NCBI GenBank assembly: GCA_040752415.1
Contig: JBFMGU010000247.1
Coordinates: forward strand, 1 to 15,914
Direction: 5' to 3'
Origin: Myxococcota bacterium
GTDB lineage: Bacteria > Myxococcota > JACRCW01
DNA: 15,914 nucleotides
Below, piece by piece: positions 14,304 to 15,914 of the stretch. A program made the position numbers and the translations under genes. The notes beneath the pieces were generated by a model. That model was not told the DNA's origin and did not search any database. It saw nothing but the letters and a program-made list of their open reading frames with translations. The stretch's first letter is position 1; every line of letters begins with the position of its first letter.

Positions 14304-15442
14304 AGCAGGTTTTTCTTGCGCATCAGGTTGCCCAGGCGGCGGATGCCCTCCACCACCACCTCGGTGTCCTGCGCAAAGGAGATGCGGACGAATCCATGCG
14401 CGGACGGACCAAACGCTTCACCCGGGATCATCACCACGTCTTCCTGCTCGAGGAGCTCCTCGCACAGTTGCATGGTGGTGATGGGGAGGCGGCGGTAGTC
14501 GAGCAGCACGTAGAACGCGCCCTCCGGACGCACCACGTCCTTGCCCAGGTGCTCACGGATGGCTCTCAGCACGACGTCAAGCCGCTCCGTGTAGCGCGGA
14601 CGGTGCCGGAACAGCGCACGGTTCTCGAACGCGGCCACGGCGATGTGCTGGCTCATGGACGCCGCGCACGTGGCGCAGAGCTGGTGCAGCTTCAACGCCG
14701 GCGTCAGGAGGTAACTGGGCAGCATCATCCATCCGATGCGCAGGCCCGTCATGGCGCAGTTCTTGGATAGCCCACCGACGGTGACCACGCGCTTGGACCA
14801 TGCACCGGGGCTGGGCGCGGGCGCGGCGGTGTGGTGCAACTCGCGGTAGACCTCGTCGACCAGCAGCGTGGCCCCGGTCTCGTCGGCGAGCGCGGCCAGG
14901 GCGCGGGCGTTCTTCTCGTCGAGGGCCCGGCCGGTGGGGTTGCCGGGGCTCACCACGCAGATCAGCTTGGTGCGCGGCGTGACGGCGGCGCGGATGCGCT
15001 CGGCGTCGAGGGGGAAGCCCTCGTCGGGATTCATGCGCACACCGACGGGCGTGCCGCCAAAGAGCTTGGTGATGGGCCCGTAGATGTTGAATGCGGGCTC
15101 GGCCACCACCACCTCGTCACCGGGGTTCACCAGCGCGCCCACGGTGCAGAACACCGCTTCCTGCGTCCCGGTGGTGACCATGACCTGCTCGGGCGACATG
15201 CCCAGCTCCGGGCGGTGCGCCACGATCGCCTCGCGCAGCTCCTGGAGCCCGGCGTTGCGCGTGTAGCCCTGGATGCCGCTCATGAAACGGCGGACGCCAT
15301 CCTCGACGAGATCCGCGTCCGGCTTGATGGACGGCTCACCCAGTCCCAGGTTCAACGACGTGGGCCGCTTGCGATCATTGAGCGCGCGGATGAACGACGC
15401 GGGAATCTCCGCCAGCACTCGGTTCACTGCTTCTGCTGCCAT
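14300..15442 (-). CDS. PLP-dependent aminotransferase class I/II (aspartate aminotransferase-like), 380 aa
   Basis: LNLGLGEP, YTRNAGLQELREAI, VTTGTQEA, SPGNPTG, LVDEVY, GGLSKNCAMTGLRIGW (PLP Lys), PEGAFY, PGEAFG, VRISFA. GAGGAG SD before ATG 15442. Confidence 0.95.
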   Translation of the reverse strand: MAAEAVNRVLAEIPASFIRALNDRKRPTSLNLGLGEPSIKPDADLVEDGVRRFMSGIQGYTRNAGLQELREAIVAHRPELGMSPEQVMVTTGTQEAVFCTVGALVNPGDEVVVAEPAFNIYGPITKLFGGTPVGVRMNPDEGFPLDAERIRAAVTPRTKLICVVSPGNPTGRALDEKNARALAALADETGATLLVDEVYRELHHTAAPAPSPGAWSKRVVTVGGLSKNCAMTGLRIGWMMLPSYLLTPALKLHQLCATCAASMSQHIAVAAFENRALFRHRPRYTERLDVVLRAIREHLGKDVVRPEGAFYVLLDYRRLPITTMQLCEELLEQEDVVMIPGEAFGPSAHGFVRISFAQDTEVVVEGIRRLGNLMRKKNLL

Positions 15443-15596
15443 GGCGCTCCTCTACCCGGCAGCCCCGGTGGAAAAAAGCTCCGTCATGCTCCCGCTCATG
15501 ATTCCGGTGGCACAGCGCATCATTTTCTCCGACGCGGCGCGTCCCTTCGTCCATCCGGCGGAGGAGGGCGACCCGGGCGCGGCCTATCCTGCGGGC

Positions 15597-15914
15597 ATGG
15601 TCACCTGGAGCCTGGCACTCGGTTTCCTCGTCGTCGCTGGTGCGGAGCCCACGCGCGTGCAGTGCCCCCCGGGCTACGGCGTGGTGATTGAGGGCAATGA
15701 TCTCGTCTGCAAGCCGCTGCCCACCACGCCACCCGCCCGCGGCCTCAAGCCCGCCCCCACCACGCCACCGCCTCCTCCAACAACCCCCCCGCCCACCTCG
15801 CCCACGTCGTCACCCACGGCCGGGGCGGACCTGCGGGGCCTTCAGTCCATCCCGGAGATCTGCGGGCTGAACCGTGAGTCCGACGAGGTCGTGGAGGACA
15901 CCGCGGAAGCGATG
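15597..15914 (+). CDS. 5' part of a putative secreted protein with a Cys pair and Pro/Thr-rich linker (runs off the window end)
   Basis: My translation of a stop-free frame: MVTWSLALGFLVVAGAEPTRVQCPPGYGVVIEGNDLVCKPLPTTPPARGLKPAPTTPPPPPTTPPPTSPTSSPTAGADLRGLQSIPEICGLNRESDEVVEDTAEAM. It has a short hydrophobic signal-like N-terminus. Absent from the ORF track because no stop lies in the window. In-frame upstream ATGs (e.g. 15486) exist. Confidence 0.7.
   Translation, partial: MVTWSLALGFLVVAGAEPTRVQCPPGYGVVIEGNDLVCKPLPTTPPARGLKPAPTTPPPPPTTPPPTSPTSSPTAGADLRGLQSIPEICGLNRESDEVVEDTAEAM

Noticed and set aside
1..15914. CRISPR arrays, tRNA/rRNA genes, IS elements, prophage genes
   Set aside because: No repeat-spacer arrays, cloverleafs, transposase or integrase motifs, or terminal inverted repeats were seen. 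Intergenic gaps are all under about 200 bp.

Overview
GC-rich, densely coding bacterial window, probably from a myxobacterium or deltaproteobacterium. That placement is an inference from the acpS-nnr-tsaE gene order, an NtrC-type activator and a Cys-rich Ig-repeat lipoprotein. It holds about 14 genes: a His-rich hypothetical protein downstream of an orphan sigma-54 response regulator; a translationally coupled acpS-nnr-tsaE operon; a stand-alone FdhF/YdeP molybdo-oxidoreductase; rnhA; a ~977-aa surface lipoprotein (five ASH/choice-of-anchor-D-like Ig repeats, Cys-rich modules and an acidic C-terminal domain); a small CxxC-H-C protein; class I aldolase fbaB with a clear promoter and terminator; a coupled aminotransferase-VOC-polytopic membrane protein operon; and a truncated secreted Pro/Thr-rich protein. 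I see no CRISPR array, rRNA/tRNA, mobile element or recognisable defence system, and most of the window is housekeeping. The best candidates for uncharacterised biology are the giant lipoprotein with its divergent Zn-finger-like neighbour and structured intergenic region, and the aminotransferase-VOC-GT-C-like operon. Starts were refined by eye from the ORF track, and family calls come from motif recognition, not database searches.
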